DNA of 64,000 nucleotides from Candidatus Poribacteria bacterium (lineage in GTDB: Bacteria; Poribacteria; WGA-4E; WGA-3G). The position numbers and the translations under genes were made by a program. Location of the stretch: the NCBI GenBank assembly GCA_963665235.2, contig CAXXLX010000001.1, positions 256,001 to 320,000 on the forward strand, read 5' to 3'. The notes beneath the pieces were generated by a model. It saw only the letters and a program-made list of their open reading frames with translations. It searched no databases and was not told where the DNA came from. Below, in pieces: positions 48,266-58,147 of the stretch (its first letter is position 1; every line of letters begins with the position of its first letter).

Positions 48266-49258
48266 TTGATGAACTATAAACATTTTATTACCTGCTGCCT
48301 TCTGTTGTTGGTTCCTGCCCTTACTACTGCGGAAATCGTTTTTGAATCATGGCGCGATGGAGCTAATAATTTCTATGTGATGGACGATGATGGCAGTAAT
48401 GTCCAAAGAATAACATTCACACCATTTCGCTCCTTTGGTACGTTACCCCGCTGGTCTCCGGATGGCAAGTACATTGCGTTTGCAAGAGATCTGACTGTAG
48501 ACCCGAAGAAGGGACAGCGGTATGACCTATTCATTATCGATAGAGATGGCAGCAATGAACAGCAGCTCACCGACCATCCCGCATTAGATGTGGGGCATTC
48601 CTGGGCCCCGGATGGCCGTCGCCTTGCATTCTGTTCTAACCGGAGCGGGAACACTGAAATCCATGTAATAGATATCACAACCCGAGACATCCGACAATTG
48701 ACCCGTAATGTAGGTTTGCAGGGATGGGCTGCGGGGCCGGACTGGTCTCCCGATGGCAAATATATCGCCTACCGCCAGACACCTCCGCAGGGGGGATTAA
48801 CAACTATCTACGTGATGAGTGCGAACGGAAAAGGCGCACGACCACTCGTTCCTGCCGACAATTGGTACCGCTCTGGGCCACGTTGGTCCCCAGACAGCAA
48901 ATCTGTCATGTATGTTGAATTATTACCGCCCAACCCAGAGCAGGGATTCAACCTAGCGATAAACAACGTTGTGATTCAGAAGCATGGCAGCAAAGCGCGG
49001 CGGATTTTAGAAACCCCTAAAGACTGGTCAATAAATTCCGCTTGTTGGATGGACAACGGAAAACAGGTGCTGATTGTCGCAAATGCACTTGATAACCCAA
49101 ATTCGCACATCTACCGGTATAATCTCGCCAACGAAAATATAACCAACCTGACAAACCAGCCTAGAGACAACTATTCCCCGGATTGGATAAGCGATAAAGT
49201 CCTTTCTGTCACCCCACTAAAGAAAAAGAAGGTAAGGTGGGGAAAGCTAAAGCGGTGA
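48266..49258 (+). CDS. TolB-like PD40 beta-propeller secreted protein with variant C-terminal tag (KKKVRWGKLK)
   Basis: Signal peptide; repeated WSPDG. Confidence 0.88.
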   Translation: MMNYKHFITCCLLLLVPALTTAEIVFESWRDGANNFYVMDDDGSNVQRITFTPFRSFGTLPRWSPDGKYIAFARDLTVDPKKGQRYDLFIIDRDGSNEQQLTDHPALDVGHSWAPDGRRLAFCSNRSGNTEIHVIDITTRDIRQLTRNVGLQGWAAGPDWSPDGKYIAYRQTPPQGGLTTIYVMSANGKGARPLVPADNWYRSGPRWSPDSKSVMYVELLPPNPEQGFNLAINNVVIQKHGSKARRILETPKDWSINSACWMDNGKQVLIVANALDNPNSHIYRYNLANENITNLTNQPRDNYSPDWISDKVLSVTPLKKKKVRWGKLKR

Positions 49259-49287
49259 AACCTTAAGGCACAACGTCTATTGAAACG

Positions 49288-49320
49288 AAACCCGTGTTAT
49301 CCGCGTGTAGCACGGGTTTT
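49288..49320 (+). terminator. Intrinsic terminator
   Basis: AAACCCGTGTTA / TAGCACGGGTTTT hairpin. Confidence 0.65.
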
Positions 49321-49400
49321 CGCATCACAGCACGAACAATAAGACGCTCCGAGGCATATACGCATAGGACACTTTATCAAACCTCTTTTCTTTAAAACTA

Positions 49401-49429
49401 TTGACATTCTTCAGCAGTTTGTGTAAAAT
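49401..49429 (+). promoter_or_regulatory. Sigma70-type promoter of aroQ
   Basis: TTGACA-N17-TAAAAT. Confidence 0.7.
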
Positions 49430-49460
49430 ATTTCTGTATACAAAAAAAGGAAATCATTAA

Positions 49461-49916
49461 ATGAACATTCTTGTGCTTCACGGTCCCAATCTACATCTCT
49501 TAGGCAAACGCCAACCGGAGATTTACGGACACCAAACGTTACCTGACATCAACGCCATGCTTGACCGGCATGCAGCAGCATCACCTCACGAGGTTGTGCT
49601 CAAAATCCTTCAATCTAATCACGAAGGCGAACTTGTGACCATTATCGGTGAACACATCCACTGGGCGGATGGTATCCTGATTAATCCCGCAGCATATACA
49701 CATACGAGTGTTGCCATCCGCGATGCACTCGCTACCGTTGCCCTGCCTGTCATTGAAATTCACCTCTCCAACATCTATGCGCGCGAGGAATTTCGGCATC
49801 ATTCCTATATATCCGGCGTGGCAGTCGGCGTAATCGGCGGTTTCGGGCCGCTTAGCTACACCCTTGCCCTTGAGGCGATGATTCAAATTCTGCAAAAACA
49901 GGATGAAGCAATTTAG
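49461..49916 (+). CDS. aroQ: Type II 3-dehydroquinate dehydratase
   Basis: [44 protein letters not shown]. Confidence 0.97.
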   Translation: MNILVLHGPNLHLLGKRQPEIYGHQTLPDINAMLDRHAAASPHEVVLKILQSNHEGELVTIIGEHIHWADGILINPAAYTHTSVAIRDALATVALPVIEIHLSNIYAREEFRHHSYISGVAVGVIGGFGPLSYTLALEAMIQILQKQDEAI

Positions 49917-50052
49917 CTTACATGCACACCCCTTAAGTAGAAGTATAGTCTAGCAAATTCAAATTTGCGTACGGAGCACTTAAACAGAAACATAGTTTAT
50001 GAACTTAGTCAGAAACCCGCCTGCAACAACGGCGCAGGCGAGCGGAGGCACC

Positions 50053-51198
50053 ATGATTCAAAGTCCGTTTATACCTTTTAGTCGACCGTGGATTGATGAA
50101 GCCGAAATTGAGGCAGTCAGTGAAGTACTCGCCTCAAAATGGATTAGCACAGGCGCGAGAGTCCGTGAGTTTGAACGTGCTTTTGCCGAATACCTCGGAG
50201 TCAAACATGCTATTGCCGTGAGCTCCTGCACCGCTGCCTTACATCTCAGTCTTGTGGTAACAGGCATCGGGAGTGAGGACGAGGTAATTACAACACCGTA
50301 TACCTTCACCGCCACTGCGGAAGCAATCCGATATGTCGGGGCAAAACCGGTATTCGTCGACATTGACGCGCAGACGCTGAATATTGACATCGCCAATATT
50401 GAACAAGCAATAACCCCACGCACCAAAGCGATAATGCCTGTCCACATCGCTGGACTGCCATGCGACATGGACGCGCTGCAGGACATAGCTCAAAACCACA
50501 ACCTTCTCCTTATTGATGACGCTGCACACGCTATCCCCGTCGAATATAAGACGCGATACATCGGTAACATCGGCGACCTCTCCGCATTTAGCTTCTATGC
50601 AAATAAAAATATGACCACAGGGGAAGGTGGGATGATCACGACTAACAGCGATGCCTTCGCGGAACCCCTCAGAACCATGCGCCTCCACGGAATAGACAAA
50701 GATGCCTGGACACGGCAATCTAAACGCAGCATCTGGCAATACGACATCGCTACGGAGGGGTACAAATACAACATGACAGATATTCAGGCAGCGATGGGGT
50801 TATGTCAACTGCTAAAGCTCAACAAACAGCATGAACGTCGGCAAAATTTCGCACAGATATACCAGACAGAATTGGTGAAATTTCCACAAATAACCCCCCC
50901 CTTCGCACCAGCGAATCCTCGTGAACACGCATGGCATCTCTATATTATCCAGCTCCACACCGGCAACCGAGATGAATTCGTCGAGGCTTTGCGCGACGCG
51001 AACATTGAATGCAGTGTACACTATATCCCGTTGCACCTCTTTGAGTTTTATCAGACCAAGTACGGCTATCGTGAGGGGGATTTCCCGCGTGCTGAAGAAG
51101 CTTATGAACGCGTCGTGAGTTTGCCCCTTCACCCAGGGCTAAGCGAAGAAGACGTACATATCGTGATTGATACGATAGGAAAAATTTTGGGCACTTAA
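50053..51198 (+). CDS. DegT/DnrJ/EryC1/StrS nucleotide-sugar aminotransferase
   Basis: SSCTAALH, DDAAH, SFYANKNMTTGEGG, GYKYNMTD; start set at ATG 50053 with GGAGG. Confidence 0.93.
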   Translation: MIQSPFIPFSRPWIDEAEIEAVSEVLASKWISTGARVREFERAFAEYLGVKHAIAVSSCTAALHLSLVVTGIGSEDEVITTPYTFTATAEAIRYVGAKPVFVDIDAQTLNIDIANIEQAITPRTKAIMPVHIAGLPCDMDALQDIAQNHNLLLIDDAAHAIPVEYKTRYIGNIGDLSAFSFYANKNMTTGEGGMITTNSDAFAEPLRTMRLHGIDKDAWTRQSKRSIWQYDIATEGYKYNMTDIQAAMGLCQLLKLNKQHERRQNFAQIYQTELVKFPQITPPFAPANPREHAWHLYIIQLHTGNRDEFVEALRDANIECSVHYIPLHLFEFYQTKYGYREGDFPRAEEAYERVVSLPLHPGLSEEDVHIVIDTIGKILGT

Positions 51199-51219
51199 TT
51201 GTATAATCAGCGAGGCTCG

Positions 51220-51786
51220 ATGAACGCTAAACTCCACCAAATCATCCCATCCGAGGTCTGCTTCTCGTGTGATGTCTGCTGCCGCTTTTTAGAGGTAAAC
51301 AGCCCACTCGCGCCCATCTTTACTGAAGTGGAAACAGAGAGAACGATAACACACGGTGCCGATGCAACGTTATTTCGCCCACAGGCAGATGGAAAAAGCA
51401 CACAAATTCAACTTATACCGCACGACGACTTTTACATCTGTCCCTTTTTTGACCCGGAGACGAGCCACTGTACCATCTACCCAATCCGACCGCTCGATTG
51501 TCAACTCTATCCATTCGCACTCATGTTTAGTGAGGATAGAAGCGAGGTTGTGCTGGGTGTGGATATGCTTTGCCCGTTCGGAGAAGCGTATATGGAAACG
51601 GAAGCCTTTCAAAAGTACATCCGCCACATAATTGAATACGTTGAATCCGAGGCGGTTACCGCACAAATTGCTGACAATTACAGCCTCATCGGGGACTATC
51701 AAGAGACGGTGAAAACTGTCCACATATTAGAAAAGCTCACAGATGCAACTTCAACCCCTCACACTTCAGGACAAACCGATTTTTGA
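51220..51786 (+). CDS. YkgJ family cysteine-cluster (CxxCxxCC) protein
   Basis: CFSCDVCC ... CPFF ... CTIYPIRPLDCQLYPF ... CP. Confidence 0.88.
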   Translation: MNAKLHQIIPSEVCFSCDVCCRFLEVNSPLAPIFTEVETERTITHGADATLFRPQADGKSTQIQLIPHDDFYICPFFDPETSHCTIYPIRPLDCQLYPFALMFSEDRSEVVLGVDMLCPFGEAYMETEAFQKYIRHIIEYVESEAVTAQIADNYSLIGDYQETVKTVHILEKLTDATSTPHTSGQTDF

Positions 51787-52684
51787 CAAATATGCGGCCC
51801 AAACATGTCCCCGTTTGTCTACCTACGCCTTTGCTCCGCTTTATATATGGCGTAACCATTTCCAGTTTTATTGGACCTTACTCTCGGACCATCTCTGTAT
51901 CTTCGCAAAGCAGGGAGATGACTATTTCATGCCAATCCTGCCGATGCCTTACGCTTGTGGAAACGAAATTTATTTAAATGTTATTCGTGAAACGTATCGG
52001 TTTATGACAGAAACCAACCGTAATCCGCACATTGCTCGATTCGAAAATGTGCCGCAAGAGATACTCCCCTTTTTTGAAAAAAACGGGTTTTGTGCTACCT
52101 TGAAGGAACGCGAATATATCTACGAGACCGAGGCACTTAGTAGGTTAAGCGGCAATCGTTACAAAAGCAAACGGAGTGCCTATAACCGCTTTGTGGCGCG
52201 GTATGCATCAGCAGCACTCAGCCCATATCGTCCTACGGATTGCAAGGCATGTTTTTCATGTTATGACACGTGGCACACTTTACGTGCAGCGCAATGTAAC
52301 GATGAGGTATATCGTGCGATGCTCGACGATTCGCGCTCAGCACATCGGATTGCTATCGCGAATGCTGAAGCACTCGGTCTCGTCGGGCGGATTGTTCGCA
52401 TCAACGGAGACATCAGCGGTTATACCTTCGGATATCCACTGACCGCGGATACGTTTTGCATCCTGCTTGAAGTGGCAGACCTTCGGATAAAGGGGTTAGC
52501 ACAGTTTATCTATCGCGAATTTTGCAAGGAGCTGATGGACAATTATAAGTGGATTAACGCTATGGACGACTCAGGGTTAGAAAATCTACGGCGTGTCAAA
52601 CAGTCCTATCGTCCAGCACAATTGATTCCATCATACAACGTTTATGAAAAAGCGGGCACTCATTTTTCTCAACGGCTACTATGA
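51743..52684 (+). CDS. Stand-alone DUF2156 (MprF C-terminal-like aminoacyl-tRNA-dependent transferase domain) protein
   Basis: EYIY..LSRLSGNRYKSKR..YNRF, EVAD..IKGL, WINAMDDSGLENLRRVKQSYRP. Confidence 0.85.
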   Translation: MQLQPLTLQDKPIFDKYAAQTCPRLSTYAFAPLYIWRNHFQFYWTLLSDHLCIFAKQGDDYFMPILPMPYACGNEIYLNVIRETYRFMTETNRNPHIARFENVPQEILPFFEKNGFCATLKEREYIYETEALSRLSGNRYKSKRSAYNRFVARYASAALSPYRPTDCKACFSCYDTWHTLRAAQCNDEVYRAMLDDSRSAHRIAIANAEALGLVGRIVRINGDISGYTFGYPLTADTFCILLEVADLRIKGLAQFIYREFCKELMDNYKWINAMDDSGLENLRRVKQSYRPAQLIPSYNVYEKAGTHFSQRLL

Positions 52685-53369
52685 CCTATCCCAGCTCGAT
52701 TTTTACCGCCAAGAAATTCAGACCGCAATGGAAAATCGGTTTCCGCTTATCTGTGCTGATGGCGGGATACGGATATTTGATGAATTGAACCGCTCAGAAA
52801 GCGTGCCCCTCATAGTAGACGTTCTCATCGGGGATATGGATTCGGTCGAAGGCAGCACAACGCAAGTAAAACACACCGTGCAGGAATGGATAGGACAAAC
52901 CGACAAAGATTATACGGATGGACAACTCGCGGTCGACTACGCCTTGAAAACTTATGGCTGTCAACATATTACTATTTACGGCGGTTTACCGCGTCCGGGA
53001 GAATATGAAACCGATCAGTTTTTCGGAAATCTGAAACTGATGCGTTTTGGGCATTACCGGGTACGTGAGGCTGGCACCCCTTATCGCGCGGAAATGCGCG
53101 ACCCGCAACAAACTATCCATTATGTGCTAACAGAATTGCGGCTAACCCGAAAAAATAGCGGTTTGCAGCGCGTCTCACTCATCGCAGAGGAAGCCAATGC
53201 AGTTGTGCAGAAAAGTCAAAATCTACGTTGGGATTTGACAGGATTACATATCCACCCCGACCTAACGAACGCGCTCCGAAACGAATTTATAGCGGATGCC
53301 GAATGGGCAACACTTCAATTGACTAAAAACTCCACACCTATTTATGTGATTCACAATTGGTATTGCTAA
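52644..53369 (+). CDS. Thiamine pyrophosphokinase-like protein (divergent)
   Basis: IFLNG, ICADGG, IGDMDS, DKDYTDGQLA. Confidence 0.75.
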   Translation: MKKRALIFLNGYYDLSQLDFYRQEIQTAMENRFPLICADGGIRIFDELNRSESVPLIVDVLIGDMDSVEGSTTQVKHTVQEWIGQTDKDYTDGQLAVDYALKTYGCQHITIYGGLPRPGEYETDQFFGNLKLMRFGHYRVREAGTPYRAEMRDPQQTIHYVLTELRLTRKNSGLQRVSLIAEEANAVVQKSQNLRWDLTGLHIHPDLTNALRNEFIADAEWATLQLTKNSTPIYVIHNWYC

Positions 53370-53488
53370 TTGGCTGTTGGAAACCATTGGAAACCATTGG
53401 AAACCAGAAGGCTCTAACGCGTGTCAAAAACCTGCTTATAATCACAACATCTTGCTAATTGCCAATTGCTAATTGCCAATCGCCAATT
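53363..53488. repeat. Heptamer-armed palindromic element between convergent genes (core type 2)
   Basis: (TTGGAAACCA)x3, ACGCGTGTCAAAAACCT..AATCACAACATCTTGCTA, (ATTGCYA)n. Confidence 0.75.
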
Positions 53489-54428
53489 TCAGCGTTTCCG
53501 TATCCAGATTGGCACCGCTCATCACCATGACGACGTGTTTCCCTGCCAGTGTATCCGTGAGTTTGTGGGCAGCAGCAAGCGGTGCTGCGCCTGCCCCCTC
53601 CGCCAAGTTGTGTGTCCATCGCAACGCCCACCGGATGCCTTCCACAAGCTCCGCCTCACTGAGTAAAACAATATCGTCAATGCCGCCTTTGATGATAGAA
53701 AACGGCAATGAAAACGGCACGCGGGTCGCAAGTCCATCAGCAACCGTGTCGCAGGTATCGGTCTCTATATGCCGTCCTGCCTTCCACGACAGATAGATAG
53801 CGGGGGCATTTTCTGCTTGCACACCGATGATGCGGACGCTCGGGTTAATCGCTTGGGCCACGGTAATAGCCCCACAGACACCGCTACCTCCACCGATAGG
53901 CACGATAATGGTATCTACATGCGGGAGACTGTCAAAAATCTCAAGAGAATATGTGCCTACGCCGTGAAAAAGTGCTGGCTCCATACAGGGATGAACGTAG
54001 TAAAGCCCGCGTTCCGCTTGGAGTGTCTCACATAATTCGCGTGCCTCGTCAAAATCTTTTCCGTGTTCAATCAGTTCCGCGCCGAATGCGCGCATTGCAC
54101 TGTTTTTCTCTGGGTTGTTGCCGTGTGGTACAACGATAGTCGCTTGGACATCGAACTGTGCCGCCGCATACACAATAGACTGACCGTGATTGCCGCGTGT
54201 TGCCGTAACGACCCCCTGTTTTCTCTGTTCAGCGGGTAAATTCTGGATGAAATTAATGCCGCCACGTACCTTAAAACTGCCTGTCGGTAAGTGATTTTCA
54301 TGTTTGATATAGGCGTGAAACCCGAGTTTTTCAGATAATTCAGGATAGTAGTTTAAGGGGGTTGGTCGTAAAAACCGGTGGACGATTTGTTTTGCAGCGA
54401 TAATGCCGCGAAAGTTAACAGCTTTCAT
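53469..54428 (-). CDS. Threonine/serine dehydratase family PLP enzyme (no ACT domain)
   Basis: PTGSFKVRG, TRGNHGQ, PIGGGSG, AEGAGA, SGAN. Confidence 0.9.
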   Translation of the reverse strand: MKAVNFRGIIAAKQIVHRFLRPTPLNYYPELSEKLGFHAYIKHENHLPTGSFKVRGGINFIQNLPAEQRKQGVVTATRGNHGQSIVYAAAQFDVQATIVVPHGNNPEKNSAMRAFGAELIEHGKDFDEARELCETLQAERGLYYVHPCMEPALFHGVGTYSLEIFDSLPHVDTIIVPIGGGSGVCGAITVAQAINPSVRIIGVQAENAPAIYLSWKAGRHIETDTCDTVADGLATRVPFSLPFSIIKGGIDDIVLLSEAELVEGIRWALRWTHNLAEGAGAAPLAAAHKLTDTLAGKHVVMVMSGANLDTETLKLAIGN

Positions 54429-55018
54429 ATTTTCTCCGTATCAAGATTTTCGAACGCATTAAACAGTCAGGGAATTTTGCAATAATTCCGTATCCTTGAA
54501 GCCCCCAAACTAAACAACAATCTCATACACGCGCTGAAGGTGGTTATACCTACGCCATCCATCGGTATACACTATCGCAGATGTTGGCAAAAACCGCTTC
54601 TTTCCGTGTTCTCTGTATCCTCTGCGCTAGTCCGCGATTTGCGGCGTACTCGCCCAAATGCGATGTGCATTCAGACAACACAAGCGAAATCTATCCTTCC
54701 CCTCTTCCAATCTTCCACCCTTCCACCTATCCGTTTGACAAGAACGTTACGCCCTCCTAAAATTGTCCAAACTTTAGTAACATGGTAACATATTCCACCT
54801 GGATATATCAACCGTTTTTTACATTACTTATGCAAATTTTTACATTACTTATGTTGGAATCGTCATAACTTATGTCCGAATCTTCATTTTTTCACCCATA
54901 ATTGCCCAAATTTGCTTGGCACAAAACTTGCACACTATATGGAAAAGCATGGAAAAGCATGGAAAAGCGAAACGTTCCGTGATTTTAACGTAAAAATTGC
55001 AAAAATTAGAATTTATCC

Positions 55019-55047
55019 TTGAAAATTCGAAAAAAATGTGGTATACT
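55019..55047 (+). promoter_or_regulatory. Sigma70-type promoter (extended -10) of CBS-korAB
   Basis: TTGAAA-N17-TATACT with TG. Confidence 0.65.
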
Positions 55048-55113
55048 TTAATAAGTTGAGGATTAAGAAACCGAAATTTGTGTTTTGACGTTAATTTCAA
55101 GGAGCCCATCGTA

Positions 55114-55551
55114 ATGGACGCGCGAACTTTATCTTTACCTATTAGCACATTAGAGTACAAACAACCCATCACGGTGCAAGTCGGCTCTCCGGTCTCAGCA
55201 GCGATTGACATCATGCAAGCGGAGGGGTTTGGGTGTATTCTCGTCGTTGATACAGAGCAGCGGTTAATCGGCATTCTAACCGAACGCGACCTACTTGTTC
55301 ATATAAGCGGACACCAGTTGGAACCGAGTACTGTTAACGTAGAAGAGATAATGACAACAAATCCAGAATCTTTACGCGCCAGCGACCCAATTGCGTTTGC
55401 CTTGAAACTGATGCATCTCGGGCACTTTCGGCACGTTCCGCTTTGTATCACAGATGACCAACAGCATGAATATCCTGTCGGGGTGATTTCAACACGAGAT
55501 ATCTTAGACCACGTCGCAGGATTCATCGCGGCTCAGGAAGGTGAGGGTTAA
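55114..55551 (+). CDS. CBS domain protein
   Basis: GILTERDL, IMTTNP, FRHVP, GVISTRD; start set at ATG 55114. Confidence 0.9.
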   Translation: MDARTLSLPISTLEYKQPITVQVGSPVSAAIDIMQAEGFGCILVVDTEQRLIGILTERDLLVHISGHQLEPSTVNVEEIMTTNPESLRASDPIAFALKLMHLGHFRHVPLCITDDQQHEYPVGVISTRDILDHVAGFIAAQEGEG

Positions 55552-55553
55552 CT

Positions 55554-56093
55554 ATGCTTTATGAGGATTTAATTGATGAAGAATTAGCACAGATAGCGAA
55601 AGATGTGGAGACACCTCAAAGGGAACTAAAAATTAGTGAAATTCAGGTGCCGCTCCGACATTTGATGAACCTTTGTGTTATCATTGACATCGAAGCAAAC
55701 GTGCAGACCGCAATTGATACATTGATAGAACGGCAGATTGGGGCTGCACCCGTTGTGCAAGATAGAATTCTCCGAGGCATCTTTAGCGAACGGGACGTAC
55801 TGCGCAAAATTCTAAACAAACAAACCGGAGATTTGACACATCTCCCCGTCGAACAATTCATGATAGCCGACCCGCAGACAGCAACACCCGAGGATTTGTT
55901 GGATACGGCTATTTTGTATATGGCACGCGGCGGCTACCGACACCTGCCTATTGTGGATGAAAAACATCGTCCAATAGGTATGGTATCTATTCGCGACGTT
56001 ATCTCTTATCTCGTTGAACATTTTTCCCATGAGGTTTTGACATTACCTCCACAACCCATTCGAGATGCGATGAAGACGAGAGAAGGAGCATAG
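55554..56093 (+). CDS. CBS domain protein
   Basis: GIFSERDV, YRHLPIV, GMVSIRD. Confidence 0.9.
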   Translation: MLYEDLIDEELAQIAKDVETPQRELKISEIQVPLRHLMNLCVIIDIEANVQTAIDTLIERQIGAAPVVQDRILRGIFSERDVLRKILNKQTGDLTHLPVEQFMIADPQTATPEDLLDTAILYMARGGYRHLPIVDEKHRPIGMVSIRDVISYLVEHFSHEVLTLPPQPIRDAMKTREGA

Positions 56094-56172
56094 CACATGG
56101 AAAACACTCGCGTAGGGCGGTCCTATAACTACTGTCCATACAACATAATATATCTAAAAAGGCTGAATACTG

Positions 56173-58059
56173 ATGCGTAAGCAAGTAAAGCAAATTCAGG
56201 CAGCAACAGTCCTATTTGCCGGGGATTCTGGTGACGGCTCCCAAACAATCGGAACGCGAATGACAGAAACCTCTGCCATTGTCGGGAACGATGTCGCTAC
56301 GTTGCCCGATTACCCCGCCGAAATTCTCGCGCCCGCTGGCTCCATCGCCGGAGTCTCCGGATTCCAACTACACTTCTCTAGTGAAACTATCTACACCCCC
56401 GGGGATACCTGTGATGTCCTAGTCGCAATGAATCCCGCTGCGCTAAAGGTCAACATTCATAAATTAAAGGATAACGGCATACTGATTGTTAATTCCAATA
56501 ATTTTGAACGCAAAAATCTACGACTCGCCGGCTACACCGACAATCCGCTTGAAGATGGCTCGCTTGCAAAATATCAGGTCTTTCAGGTCGAATTGACACG
56601 CCTGACTCGAGAAGCACTTGAAGCACTCGAAGATGAGGATTTCGAAGACGAAGATCTAGAAGATCTCAAAGAGCTGGAAGATACTCCGCTCACTTTCAGT
56701 GAACAAGATAGATGCAAAAACTTCTTTGCACTCGGCATGATCCTCTGGTTATACGAGCGGTCCATGGATTATACAATAAAATGGATTAAGACCGAGTTAA
56801 AGGTCAAACGCCCGAAATTCGTAAAACCGGATATTTTAGCACTCAAAGCAGGTAATGCCTACTGCGATATGGCTGAGCAATTTGCCACCTCTTATGAGGT
56901 GAAACCCGCAAAATTTGCCCCCGGAAAATACCGCAATATTGAGGGCAACATGTCAACTGTTCTCGGGCTCGTCGCTGCTGCACATCAATCCGGATTACAG
57001 TTAGTTTATGGCAGCTATCCGATTACACCCGCCAGTGACATTCTCCATAGACTCGCAAATTATCGCAATTTTGGCATTGTCACAATGCAAATGGAGGATG
57101 AAATCGCCGCCGTTGGCGTGGCAATTGGGGCTGCTTATGGAGGCGCACTCGGGGTGACAGGAAGCAGCGGCCCAGGACTCGCCCTAAAAGCTGAGGCAAT
57201 CAATCTCGCTATGATTGCCGAGCTACCCCTCGTCGTTTGCAACATCCAAAGAGCCGGCCCCTCAACAGGAATGCCGACAAAAACTGAACAAGCAGACCTA
57301 TTACAGATGTTTTACGGTAGAAATGGTGAATCGCCTGTCCCTATCCTCGCAGCATGCCGTCCCAATGACTGTTTTGAGACCGTTTATGAAGCATGCCAAA
57401 TTGCAGTGAAATATCGCACACCGGTTATCTTCCTTTCTGAATTGTACATCGCGTTCGGGGCGGAACCGTGGTGCATTCCGGATGTCAAAGAGCTCCCAAA
57501 AATTGAACCCAATTTCCGCACCGACGTTGACGGTTTCGAACCTTACTTGAGAGACGCTGAAACCCTCGCAAGACCCTGGGCAAAGCCCGGCACCCCCGGA
57601 CTTGAACACCGAATTGGCGGACTAGAAAAATCAGACATAACCGGAAATGTGAGCTATGACGCAGAAAATCACGAAAGAATGGTGACTCTCAGAGCCGAAA
57701 AGGTCAAACGCATCACTAACGATATACCCCCTACAGAGGTCTTTGGTGCACAAGAGGGAGACCTGCTCGTCCTCGGCTGGGGCGGAACTTTTGGGGTTAT
57801 ACGGACAGTTGTTGAAAATAAATTTGAAGCAGGTCATAACATCGGCCACGTCCATTTACGCCACCTCAATCCGTTTCCAAACGACCTCGGCGAAATTCTC
57901 AGCCGATTCAAAACCGTTCTAATTCCTGAATTGAATAACGGTCAACTCCGCCACTTAATCCGAAGCGAATTTCTGATTGATGCCGTTGGACTCAACAAAG
58001 TCCAAGGCCAACCCCTTTATGTTTTTGAACTAGAATCTAAAATTGAAACTTACCTTTAA
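56173..58059 (+). CDS. korA: 2-oxoacid:ferredoxin oxidoreductase alpha subunit
   Basis: AGDSGDG, YPITPAS, EDEIAA, QRAGPSTGMPTK, ELNNGQL. Confidence 0.95.
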   Translation: MRKQVKQIQAATVLFAGDSGDGSQTIGTRMTETSAIVGNDVATLPDYPAEILAPAGSIAGVSGFQLHFSSETIYTPGDTCDVLVAMNPAALKVNIHKLKDNGILIVNSNNFERKNLRLAGYTDNPLEDGSLAKYQVFQVELTRLTREALEALEDEDFEDEDLEDLKELEDTPLTFSEQDRCKNFFALGMILWLYERSMDYTIKWIKTELKVKRPKFVKPDILALKAGNAYCDMAEQFATSYEVKPAKFAPGKYRNIEGNMSTVLGLVAAAHQSGLQLVYGSYPITPASDILHRLANYRNFGIVTMQMEDEIAAVGVAIGAAYGGALGVTGSSGPGLALKAEAINLAMIAELPLVVCNIQRAGPSTGMPTKTEQADLLQMFYGRNGESPVPILAACRPNDCFETVYEACQIAVKYRTPVIFLSELYIAFGAEPWCIPDVKELPKIEPNFRTDVDGFEPYLRDAETLARPWAKPGTPGLEHRIGGLEKSDITGNVSYDAENHERMVTLRAEKVKRITNDIPPTEVFGAQEGDLLVLGWGGTFGVIRTVVENKFEAGHNIGHVHLRHLNPFPNDLGEILSRFKTVLIPELNNGQLRHLIRSEFLIDAVGLNKVQGQPLYVFELESKIETYL

Positions 58060-58147
58060 CATCGAAATATGCCAGAACTAGTCGAAAACAGAACGCACCG
58101 TTTCTCCAAAAAAGACTCGGCCCCTATTTTGTAAAAAGGCAAACACT

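Noticed and set aside
54540-54788. 82-aa plus-strand ORF
   Set aside because: No RBS, built from repeat-like sequence, no recognisable domain.
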